Origin: Candidatus Nitrospira inopinata
GTDB taxonomy: Bacteria; Nitrospirota; Nitrospiria; Nitrospirales; Nitrospiraceae
Length of the DNA stretch: 32,000 nt
Direction of reading: 5' to 3'
Assembly: GCF_001458695.1 (NCBI RefSeq)
Contig: NZ_LN885086.1
Span: 1,230,001-1,262,000, forward strand
Shown here piece after piece: positions 17,850 through 25,112 of the stretch. The position numbers and the translations under genes were made by a program. Below the pieces are notes generated by a model, which had not been told where the DNA came from, searched no databases, and worked only from the letters and a program-made list of their open reading frames with translations. Positions within the stretch are counted from its first letter, which is position 1. Every line of letters starts with the position of its first letter.

Positions 17850-18128
17850 ATGACAAAGGCACAAATCATCGAACAGGTTTCAGAACAAGTCCCCACATTG
17901 ACGAAGCGGCAAGCCGAAGTCGTCGTCAACACGATTTTCGATTGCGTCAGAGACTCGCTCAAGAACGGCGACAAAACGGAAATCCGGGGGTTCGGCAGTT
18001 TCAGACTCCGGGCGAGGCGCATGAAGGAAGGTCGCAACCCCAAGACCGGCGCGACGGTGGCCGTGCCGGCGAAGCGAGTGCCGTTTTTCAAAGCCGGAAA
18101 AGAGTTGAAAGAACTCTTGAACAAGTAA
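17850..18128 (+). CDS. ihfB: Integration host factor beta subunit (HU/IHF family)
   Basis: 92 aa with EIRGFGSF..R.R..R.GRNPKTG..V.V.AK.VP.FK.GKEL, the IHF/HU DNA-binding arm. Strong SD AAGGAGGG. Its position after rpsA is conserved. Confidence 0.85.
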   Translation: MTKAQIIEQVSEQVPTLTKRQAEVVVNTIFDCVRDSLKNGDKTEIRGFGSFRLRARRMKEGRNPKTGATVAVPAKRVPFFKAGKELKELLNK

Positions 18129-18154
18129 GCGTCAAGGAAGGTTTGGGCGAAACA

Positions 18155-19153
18155 ATGTCGGATTTACGGGAGCAAGCCGCGACCGAAGTGTCCTGGAGCC
18201 CCGATGCGCTTCAACGGTTGGAGCGGGCGCCGGTTTTCCTCCGCGGCATGGTGCGCCGCTTGGCCGAAAAAAAAGCGCGCGAGTTGGGGTACGCCGAGAT
18301 CACGGGAGAAATCCTCGATCAATTCAAAAGCCAAATGATGGGCGGCGCGGGCGGACGGGCGGGAAGTCAGTCGATGGGCGAAGCAAGTGCGAGGGGGCGC
18401 CTCCCATGGACCGCCGCCGCTCGCGAACGGCTGGGAAGCGTGCCGGAGTTCATGCGTCCGATGATCGAACAAATCACCGAAGAGATCGCGAGGGAACGGG
18501 GGCACCTGGAAGTCAACGTCGAGTTGTACGACAAGGTCGAATCACTCGGCGACCCGCCGGACGGTGAAGAGACGACGATGGAGTGGACCGAGGGAGCCGC
18601 GGCGATGCTCCAGGAAAAACTGAGCGAGACGCCTCCCATCGCGGTCGAGTTCGTTTCCGACATGCTGAAGCGCGACGCGGAGGATTTGGCCAGGCAGAGA
18701 GGGGTGAATCGAATCGATGAAGCCACCCTGCGCGACCTGTGGGAGTCTCCGCTTCGCCGAGTCGCATGGACCGACGAGGCATGGAAGCGACTTCAATCGT
18801 CTCCCGACTTCGTGCGCAGCGGAATTCGAAAGGCGGCGGAGCGGAGGGCAAGGAAGCTGGGGTTGCCGGAGATTGATTCCGCCCATCTGACCCTCTTTAG
18901 AAATCAGGCGATGATGAAAGCGGTCAAACGCATTCGCTCATTTGGGTATCGCGAGCTGACTTTTGATGCGTTTGAAACGGCGCTTCAGCGGACAAAGCGT
19001 CTCCAAGGAAACGACCAGGCGCAAAAACGACTCCAGGAGATTCGCAACCACTTTGCCGATCCTTCGACCAAGAAACCGGAAGGAGACACATTGGGCGCTG
19101 AACTCATGGATCGTTTCCGGAAGTATCTGAAGGGAGAAGGATCGCTGCCGTAA
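18155..19153 (+). CDS. Protein with four PCP_red-like repeats plus a C-terminal helical tail (hypothetical)
   Basis: 332 aa from ATG 18155, 26 nt after ihfB. Repeats at about aa 11-58, 82-128, 141-196 (divergent, with an insertion) and 202-249 all carry W[ST].[DE]A...L...P.F[VLM]R......A[RK]..G. The same repeat type occurs in the gene at 4081. The upstream 71 codons of the track ORF overlap ihfB. Confidence 0.7.
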   Translation: MSDLREQAATEVSWSPDALQRLERAPVFLRGMVRRLAEKKARELGYAEITGEILDQFKSQMMGGAGGRAGSQSMGEASARGRLPWTAAARERLGSVPEFMRPMIEQITEEIARERGHLEVNVELYDKVESLGDPPDGEETTMEWTEGAAAMLQEKLSETPPIAVEFVSDMLKRDAEDLARQRGVNRIDEATLRDLWESPLRRVAWTDEAWKRLQSSPDFVRSGIRKAAERRARKLGLPEIDSAHLTLFRNQAMMKAVKRIRSFGYRELTFDAFETALQRTKRLQGNDQAQKRLQEIRNHFADPSTKKPEGDTLGAELMDRFRKYLKGEGSLP

Positions 19154-19314
19154 ATCGAGCAGGATCGGCTGACCTCGCCTTTGCCCCTTCGATTCCAACT
19201 ACAACCCAACGCAACGGACTTCAGCGGGCCTCTCTCGCTGGGAAAACTGCACGGTGCCTCGATGGGAGGGGTGTAATACCGAGCGCGGACTTCCAGGTTG
19301 AAGCACGTCGCTAA

Positions 19315-19635
19315 TCAGGAAGCCGTGGTGGGTTTGGGCCAGAACTTGTGGCGAATTTGGGGCAACGGTTCGTTCTCAAAATTTGGAATGTCGTAGAGAC
19401 AGCGGTCGATGGTCGCCACTTCTTCTTCGGTCAATTCCAGCGTCACCTTTTTCTTCCAAAATTGATCCAGCGTGAAGTAATCACCGGACGAGGGTTTTTC
19501 CGCCAACAAGGCCTTCATCTTTTGAAATCCCGCCGAGTCGACACCGCCGATGCGTCCCTTATTCCGATCGTGGCACCAACGTAGCACCTCTGCGATCCCA
19601 TACATGGTAATGTCGATTTTCACGGTGTCACCCAT
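19315..19635 (-). CDS. Hypothetical 106-aa cytoplasmic protein (no family recognised)
   Basis: Very strong SD GGAGGAGG about 6 nt upstream of the ATG on the minus strand. No TM segment or signal peptide. Lower G+C than its neighbours (30/60 at 19381-19440). Confidence 0.6.
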   Translation of the reverse strand: MGDTVKIDITMYGIAEVLRWCHDRNKGRIGGVDSAGFQKMKALLAEKPSSGDYFTLDQFWKKKVTLELTEEEVATIDRCLYDIPNFENEPLPQIRHKFWPKPTTAS

Positions 19636-19704
19636 TGCATTCCTCCTCCAAGAAAGGGAGCTGATTCTAGCGCAATCTCGATCTGAAATTCAAAGGTCAT
19701 GACA

Positions 19705-19734
19705 TTGTCAGGGGAACGATCTCTCTCGTATACT
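19705..19734 (+). promoter_or_regulatory. Putative sigma-70-type promoter for the FG-GAP lipoprotein gene (TTGTCA - 18 nt - TATACT)
   Basis: Hexamers at 19705-19710 and 19729-19734 in the 210-bp divergent spacer. The -35 element is the first copy of the direct repeat TTGTCAGGRGA; the second copy is at 19749-19759. Confidence 0.35.
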
Positions 19735-19845
19735 TCGACGATACTCTTTTGTCAGGAGAGTGAGCGCGCGGAACTCTTTGAGAGCCGATCAGCCGCACGG
19801 TCGAGCTTCATGGTGATGTGGAATTCACGAACGACGGAAAAGAAC

Positions 19846-21033
19846 ATGAATTGTAAGAAGGCACCGTCCGTCAAACGGTATAAACGGCACCTTGTCTCAG
19901 CCGTGATCGGCCTTGGCGTGATCGGTCTCGGATTGGGGGCGTCGATCGGTTGCCAAAAAACCGAGCCGTATAATCCTCCCGACCTGTTTTATTATTTCGC
20001 CAGCTACAAGGTCGGTAAGAATCCCACGACCGTCGTCACGGGCGATTTCAACCATGATGCCTATACCGACCTTATGACCACCAATATCGCGAGTAACACG
20101 TTGTCGATCTTGTTGGGCAACGGCGACGGGACCTTTCAGGACCAGATTCAGCTTCACGTTTGTCAGGAGCCGCGCTCGCTCGTCTTGGGCGATTTCAATC
20201 ACGACCTTCATGAGGACGTGGCCCTCGCTTGTTCGGGGGGGGATGAGATTGAAATCCTGCTCGGTCATGGAAACGGCAGGTTTACGGAAGGTCCTCGTTA
20301 TCCGGTCTATCGCGCGCCCGTGTCTCTTGCGAGCGATGACTTGAACGGCGATCGGCACCCCGATTTGGTCGTCGCGTTGCGCAACGACAAGGTCAAGGTG
20401 TTTCTCGGCGACGGGACCGGCGAGTTTACGCCGGGCGCTCAGTATGAGTATGGAGACACCCCTACGTCTGTCACGCTGTCCGATCTCGATGGCGACGGAA
20501 AACTCGATCTCATCGTCACAAACGGCGGCCACATGTCGAAGGGGGTCTCGATTTGGCTCGGCAATGGAGACGGGTCGTTTCGAGATCCTAAAGACTACCC
20601 GGCCGGCAGGCGACCGTTGGGAGTGACTCTGGCTGATTTCAACAACGATCGGCGGAGCGATCTCTTGGTGATCAACGGAGAAAAAGACAGCATCACCACG
20701 CTGCTGGGCAACGGGAACGCGACGTTTCGCCCCGGTCGCGACTCAGGAGCCAATGCCGGGCCCAATTGCGGGTTGGCGCGGGATTTCAACGGAGACCATC
20801 TGATTGACGTGGCCATCGTCAACCTCCAATCAAGCGATCTGTCCATCCTCTTTGGGAAAGGCGACGGGACGTTCCACTATCCTCCGCGGAATTATCGAAC
20901 GCAAGCCGGGCCGTTTGCGGTCACATTGTTTCGCGCGACGACGACCGGAACGGAAGAGCCAGGTTTGGCCATCGCGGACAACGGAAGCGGGAGCGTCTCG
21001 ATTTTTCTCCATCGCGGCTTGAGGCCGTCGTAA
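19846..21033 (+). CDS. FG-GAP/VCBS repeat lipoprotein, predicted 7-bladed beta-propeller
   Basis: The start MNCKKAPSVKRYKRHLVSAVIGLGVIGLGLGASIGC gives a signal peptide plus lipobox (L-G-A-S-I-G-C). It is followed by six clear repeats of D[FL]NxDxxxDL(V/L)...N...(I/V)..LLGNGDG(T/S)F and a degenerate seventh. ATG 19846 chosen over the upstream start of the track ORF. Confidence 0.8.
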   Translation: MNCKKAPSVKRYKRHLVSAVIGLGVIGLGLGASIGCQKTEPYNPPDLFYYFASYKVGKNPTTVVTGDFNHDAYTDLMTTNIASNTLSILLGNGDGTFQDQIQLHVCQEPRSLVLGDFNHDLHEDVALACSGGDEIEILLGHGNGRFTEGPRYPVYRAPVSLASDDLNGDRHPDLVVALRNDKVKVFLGDGTGEFTPGAQYEYGDTPTSVTLSDLDGDGKLDLIVTNGGHMSKGVSIWLGNGDGSFRDPKDYPAGRRPLGVTLADFNNDRRSDLLVINGEKDSITTLLGNGNATFRPGRDSGANAGPNCGLARDFNGDHLIDVAIVNLQSSDLSILFGKGDGTFHYPPRNYRTQAGPFAVTLFRATTTGTEEPGLAIADNGSGSVSIFLHRGLRPS

Positions 21034-21095
21034 CCATCCAAGCATCCGGGCATCGAGCGGCGGCAGACCGTCGCTTCGCGCAAGCGCGTCTCTGC

Positions 21096-21124
21096 TTGAC
21101 AGCATCGAGACCCTCCGATACAGT
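21096..21124 (+). promoter_or_regulatory. Putative sigma-70-type promoter (TTGACA - 17 nt - TACAGT)
   Basis: Consensus -35 at 21096-21101, 17-nt spacer, and -10 at 21119-21124, lying 60-90 nt after the FG-GAP gene stop. The track ORF start (TTG 21124) overlaps the -10, which favours the downstream ATG 21163. Confidence 0.4.
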
Positions 21125-21162
21125 TGCCCGCGAGCCTATCCTTATGGCGAGCGATCACAACG

Positions 21163-21369
21163 ATGGCGCTTCGGTCGTTTCTTTGGTGGTTCATGATAGG
21201 GGCGCTGCTGACCCTCTCCGTGCTGATGGTGCAGGGCGGGGTCCGTGATTTGTGGGAGGGAACCCAGCGCGCCGGTGAAACGAATATCTTCGTGTATTTC
21301 GGCACCACGCTGCTCGGCGGCGGATTGCTCGCCGGGTGCGTCGCGCTGATCATGAACCGACTTCGGTGA
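21163..21369 (+). CDS. Small two-TM membrane protein (68 aa, hypothetical)
   Basis: MALRSFLWWFMIGALLTLSVLMV...IFVYFGTTLLGGGLLAGCVALIM gives two hydrophobic helices joined by a polar loop. No clear SD, so existence and start are uncertain. Confidence 0.45.
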   Translation: MALRSFLWWFMIGALLTLSVLMVQGGVRDLWEGTQRAGETNIFVYFGTTLLGGGLLAGCVALIMNRLR

Positions 21370-21389
21370 TTTAAAGCCTGTCTCAAAGA

Positions 21390-21578
21390 ATGCAATGTTT
21401 CAGGTGTAACGGGTGCATGACGGTTGAGCGACATTACACGTCACTCAATCGACGGATTCATGCCCGGTGTATCAACTGTGGGTTCTGGATTGATCTGGCT
21501 GATTTGCTGAGGTTTTTCCATAAGGTGATCGACAGCGGACTTAAAGGGCAAAAGGTCCAGGAAACCTTATCGTTGTGA
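21390..21578 (+). CDS. Small zinc-ribbon protein (62 aa, hypothetical)
   Basis: MQCFRCNGCM...ARCINCGFW has CxxCxxC...CxxC knuckles. It starts 20 nt after the preceding ORF, and its stop overlaps GTG 21575 of the next ORF. No obvious SD. The region is A/T-richer (29/60 G+C at 21481-21540). Confidence 0.45.
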   Translation: MQCFRCNGCMTVERHYTSLNRRIHARCINCGFWIDLADLLRFFHKVIDSGLKGQKVQETLSL

Positions 21579-21595
21579 TAAGGAGGCGTTCGCTC

Positions 21596-22549
21596 TTGAG
21601 AGAAAAGGTTCAGGCACGTCCGGTTTTCTCCCTGCCGATGCGCCGATGTGCATCCGCTCTTGGACGGATGACGCGGATTGCAATGCTTGGCTTCTTTCTT
21701 CCGCTCTTGACGTCTGCGTTGGCTAACGCCGAAAACATCATCCCCCAAAACGTCGTCCCAAACAGCGAGACCGCCTATTCGGCCGCCTCCTTCCACCATG
21801 CGCTCCCGTGGAGAAAGGTGCCGGCTCACAGCGTGCTCTTAAAAGACCTTCGGTCCGGTCGAGTGCTGTATGAATACGAGGCGGGAAAACGGCTCTCTCC
21901 GGCGAGTTTAACCAAAATCATGTCGGCGCTCGTCATTCTTGAAAAGGGACATCTGGGGGAATATGCCACCGTCAGCCGGAACGCCGCCGCCGCGCCCAGG
22001 AGCCACCTTGGACTGCGAACGGGCGAAGTGTTTCGCCTGGAGGATCTGCTCAAAGCCATGCTGATCGTCTCGGCCAACGACGCCTGTTTGGCGGCCGTTG
22101 AGCACGTCGGCGGAGATGAAGCGCAATTTGTTCGTCTTATGAACGACAAGGCCGCCGAACTTGGGCTGAACGACACGCATTTCAACAACGCCTGTGGATT
22201 CGACGCGCCCGATCACTATTCCACGGCCGAAGACCTTGCCAAACTGAGCGAAATCGCCATGCGATACCCGGTGTTTCGTGAACTCGTTCGCGAGAAGCGG
22301 GATCTCATTATGCCCGTCAGCGGACGTCGATCGTATTTATTGCACAACACCAATCGCCTGTTGGGGCGAATTCCGGGTGTCGAAGGAGTCAAGACCGGAT
22401 TTACCTCCAAAGCAGGGCGCTGTCTCGTCGCCAAAGTGTCCCAAGACGGCAACGATCTCCTCTTGGTGATCCTGAACTCCAATCGTCGTTGGATTATGGC
22501 CGAAAGTCTGATCGATTACGGCATTCGGCTCACAGGTTCGGCCCGCTAG
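21596..22549 (+). CDS. Serine-type D-Ala-D-Ala carboxypeptidase (peptidase S11, PBP5/6-like)
   Basis: SxxK (SPASLTKIM), SxN (SANDA) and KTG (VKTGFT) motifs in the correct order and spacing, and a signal-like MTRIAMLGFFLPLLTSALANA. Start is uncertain: TTG 21596 lies 9 nt after a strong AGGAGG (21581-21586); GTG 21575, ATG 21638 and ATG 21668 are alternatives. Confidence 0.85.
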   Translation: MREKVQARPVFSLPMRRCASALGRMTRIAMLGFFLPLLTSALANAENIIPQNVVPNSETAYSAASFHHALPWRKVPAHSVLLKDLRSGRVLYEYEAGKRLSPASLTKIMSALVILEKGHLGEYATVSRNAAAAPRSHLGLRTGEVFRLEDLLKAMLIVSANDACLAAVEHVGGDEAQFVRLMNDKAAELGLNDTHFNNACGFDAPDHYSTAEDLAKLSEIAMRYPVFRELVREKRDLIMPVSGRRSYLLHNTNRLLGRIPGVEGVKTGFTSKAGRCLVAKVSQDGNDLLLVILNSNRRWIMAESLIDYGIRLTGSAR

Positions 22550-22768
22550 TCGCTGCTCGCGCTCTCCGCGGGGATCTTCATGCGGCCGCCGTTCCCGCCG
22601 GCGGGGCCGACGGATGCTCGTCGAAGGAACGCAAATCTCCCCTCTCATCTGGCTCGGTTCCGTCGTCGCGTCAGTCAGAGACCGAACATCGGCCAGGAGA
22701 GAAACATTCCGAGCGCGCGGTCATTCGTCGTGCGGCGAATTAAGTGGGACTACGATCGCGGCGAGCGG

Positions 22769-23302
22769 CTACCGGGGTTGGGCAAACTCGACATTGACGT
22801 CCTTGCCCAGATAATTGACTTGAAATCCCTGCCTATCATAGGCCAGAACGGCTCCCATGACGTTTTCATCTCCGTAGTCTTCCGCGCCCAACACCTTTCG
22901 GATCTCATCCGGACTGTCGCTGTTCAAGACGTTGCGGAAGAGGCCTCTCGTTTTGTACGCAAAGCGGTTGTTGATAAAAATGAGATCGACTTTTCCGTCT
23001 TGAACGCGAACGCCGGCCATCGGTCCCGTCGGTTTCCGTTGATCGATCAGGAAAATAAAGTTGGCCTCCTGCTCGGCCTTGACGCCGGAAATTTTCCCGC
23101 TCATCAGCGACTCGACGGCCTTGGCCTCCGAGTCGCCGAGTTTGACTCCAAACAGAGACACGTTCGTGCTCGAAACGTCTTTGGGCTCCATGACGTCGTC
23201 CTGGCTTAGTTCGTACGGTTCCGCAAAGACCGCGGGGCCCAAGCCGAGCATGATTCCCATCACGAACCAAGCGGCCACCCTCATTACACGACGATTCCCC
23301 AT
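22769..23302 (-). CDS. Secreted hypothetical protein (177 aa)
   Basis: Signal peptide MGNRRVMRVAAWFVMGIMLGLGPAVFA-EP. SD AAGGAG 6 nt upstream of the ATG. Preferred over the antisense 209-aa ORF, which is Arg-rich and has no SD. Confidence 0.7.
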   Translation of the reverse strand: MGNRRVMRVAAWFVMGIMLGLGPAVFAEPYELSQDDVMEPKDVSSTNVSLFGVKLGDSEAKAVESLMSGKISGVKAEQEANFIFLIDQRKPTGPMAGVRVQDGKVDLIFINNRFAYKTRGLFRNVLNSDSPDEIRKVLGAEDYGDENVMGAVLAYDRQGFQVNYLGKDVNVEFAQPR

Positions 23303-23489
23303 ATTCTGCTCCTTTAATTACGCGCGATCTGTTGTTTGCGAATCTGCCTGTGCTCCGAACAACGGCCTTGAAGGGCCCGGCGACGGCACGGTCTTGATGG
23401 TAAGGAGGAGGTGCAGCCGCTGCAAGAAACCGAGTCGGCGGGACATGGCGACAGGGGAACGAAGATCGAAAACGGCATGGATTCTCACG

Positions 23490-23783
23490 CTAAGGCTGTG
23501 CAGCCGTCTGCAGCAACAGTTCGCCGAGCCGGCGAAGGCGGACAAAGTAGGTGAGAGGGGCGGCGTCCAGATCCTCCGTCACCGAATCGAGCTCCGTTAA
23601 ACAGTCTTTCAGTATGGCCAATCGCTGGTCGTCAAGCCCGTCCGGACTGTCGAGATAATAGATCACACAGCCGCTGATGACCGTGTCCAAGGTCATCAGT
23701 TGACCTTGATGCGAGCTGGAAAACACGGGCCAATCCTCTTGGCAGTGCCGGTTCCATGCGGTCTCGATTTGCTGCTTCGTCAT
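23490..23783 (-). CDS. Hypothetical 97-aa cytoplasmic protein (no family recognised)
   Basis: SD GGAGGA 4-5 nt upstream of the ATG. It starts 60 nt downstream of gdh on the same strand. Acidic and Leu-rich, with no TM segment. Confidence 0.65.
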   Translation of the reverse strand: MTKQQIETAWNRHCQEDWPVFSSSHQGQLMTLDTVISGCVIYYLDSPDGLDDQRLAILKDCLTELDSVTEDLDAAPLTYFVRLRRLGELLLQTAAQP

Positions 23784-23843
23784 GGGATCCTCCGGCGTTC
23801 AATCGGCATCCGGCCGTCGTCGTCCGGTGTGGTTCGCCTCGTC

Positions 23844-25100
23844 CTATGGATAAAGACCGCGCTGGAGATGCGCCTGCGCAACCTGATCGATTCCGCTCAT
23901 GAGCGCCGCCATGCGCATCGACGTCTTTTGTCGCCGAGACAATTCGAGCGTGCGGTGAAAGGCCGAGGTGATCAGGTTGTGGAGCCGCCGCTGGATGTCC
24001 TCGGCGCTCCAAAAAAACCGCTGCAGATCCTGCACCCACTCGAAGTACGATACGATGACGCCGCCCGAATTGGCCAGAATGTCCGGAACGACAAAGACGC
24101 CTTTCTCCCCCAGAATGCGATCGGCGTCCAGCGTGGTCGGCCCATTGGCGCCCTCGACGAGAATTTTGCAGCGCAGGCGGGACGCGTTTTTCACCGTGAT
24201 CTGCTCAGACAGGGCGGCGGGGACAAGCATCGTACAGTCCAGCTCCAATAGGTCATCGTTGGTGATGGGCTCGCCCATCTTGGTTTCCTGGAGAGACCGC
24301 CCTTCTTCCCGATATCGGCGGAGCAGCTCCGGGATGTCGAGTCCCTTGGGATCGTACAAACCGCCGTTGACGTCGCTGACGGCGACCACGCGGCCCCCCT
24401 GCTGTTGCATGATGCGCGCGGTATGAGAGCCGACGTTTCCAAATCCTTGGATCGCCACCGTCGCGCGGTCAATGGATAGCCCAAGATGGCGCAGCGCTTC
24501 CATGGCCACATACACGACTCCGCGTCCGGTGGCTTCCTCGCGTCCCAGGCTGCCGCCCAGCGACAGCGGCTTGCCGGTCACGACGCCTGGGACGGCGTAG
24601 CCGACCTGTTGGCTGTAGGTGTCCATGATCCACGCCATGACTTGGGCGTCCGTTCCGACATCCGGAGCCGGAACGTCCTTGTCGGGACCGATGAGCGGAA
24701 AGATTTCCGCCGCGTATCGCCTGGTCAACCGCTGCAATTCCGAGCGGGACAACGTTTTGGGCGCCACCCGGATGCCGCCTTTGGCTCCTCCATACGGGAG
24801 GCCGACCAAGGCACATTTCCAGGTCATCCACATGGCCAACGCCGCCACCTCGCCGAGGCTCACGTCCGGATGGTAGCGAATGCCTCCTTTGGAGGGGCCG
24901 CGGGAGGAATCGTGTTGGACCCGATAGCCGGTGAAAACCTCCACTCGTCCGTCGTCCATGCGGACCGGAAGGCTGACGACCAGTGAACGCTGAGGCAGCT
25001 TCAGCCGCTCGCGCAAATTGGGGTCCAAGCGCAGGGCCTCCGCCGCCTCGTCGAATTGCGCCACCGCCAATCGAAACGTATGGGTATCGAGTTCCTGCAT
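23844..25100 (-). CDS. gdhA: Glutamate dehydrogenase (Glu/Leu/Phe/Val dehydrogenase family)
   Basis: 418 aa with GGIRYHP, the catalytic-lysine motif LPYGGAKGGI, the dinucleotide fold IQGFGNVG, and EGANGPTT. SD GAGGAG lies in the 12-nt gap after lipB. Confidence 0.95.
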   Translation of the reverse strand: MQELDTHTFRLAVAQFDEAAEALRLDPNLRERLKLPQRSLVVSLPVRMDDGRVEVFTGYRVQHDSSRGPSKGGIRYHPDVSLGEVAALAMWMTWKCALVGLPYGGAKGGIRVAPKTLSRSELQRLTRRYAAEIFPLIGPDKDVPAPDVGTDAQVMAWIMDTYSQQVGYAVPGVVTGKPLSLGGSLGREEATGRGVVYVAMEALRHLGLSIDRATVAIQGFGNVGSHTARIMQQQGGRVVAVSDVNGGLYDPKGLDIPELLRRYREEGRSLQETKMGEPITNDDLLELDCTMLVPAALSEQITVKNASRLRCKILVEGANGPTTLDADRILGEKGVFVVPDILANSGGVIVSYFEWVQDLQRFFWSAEDIQRRLHNLITSAFHRTLELSRRQKTSMRMAALMSGIDQVAQAHLQRGLYP

Positions 25101-25112
25101 AACTCCTCGTCG

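Noticed and set aside
22594-22605. 12-nt G/C palindrome CCCGCCGGCGGG in the dac / secreted-protein convergent spacer
   Set aside because: It is short, pure G/C and has no loop. Such palindromes are expected by chance at this base composition, and there is no flanking U-tract or second copy.
22580-23209. 209-aa + strand ORF opposite the 177-aa secreted-protein gene
   Set aside because: It has no SD and an Arg-rich N-terminus, and it begins inside a G/C-rich spacer. The minus-strand ORF has AAGGAG at ideal spacing and a textbook signal peptide.
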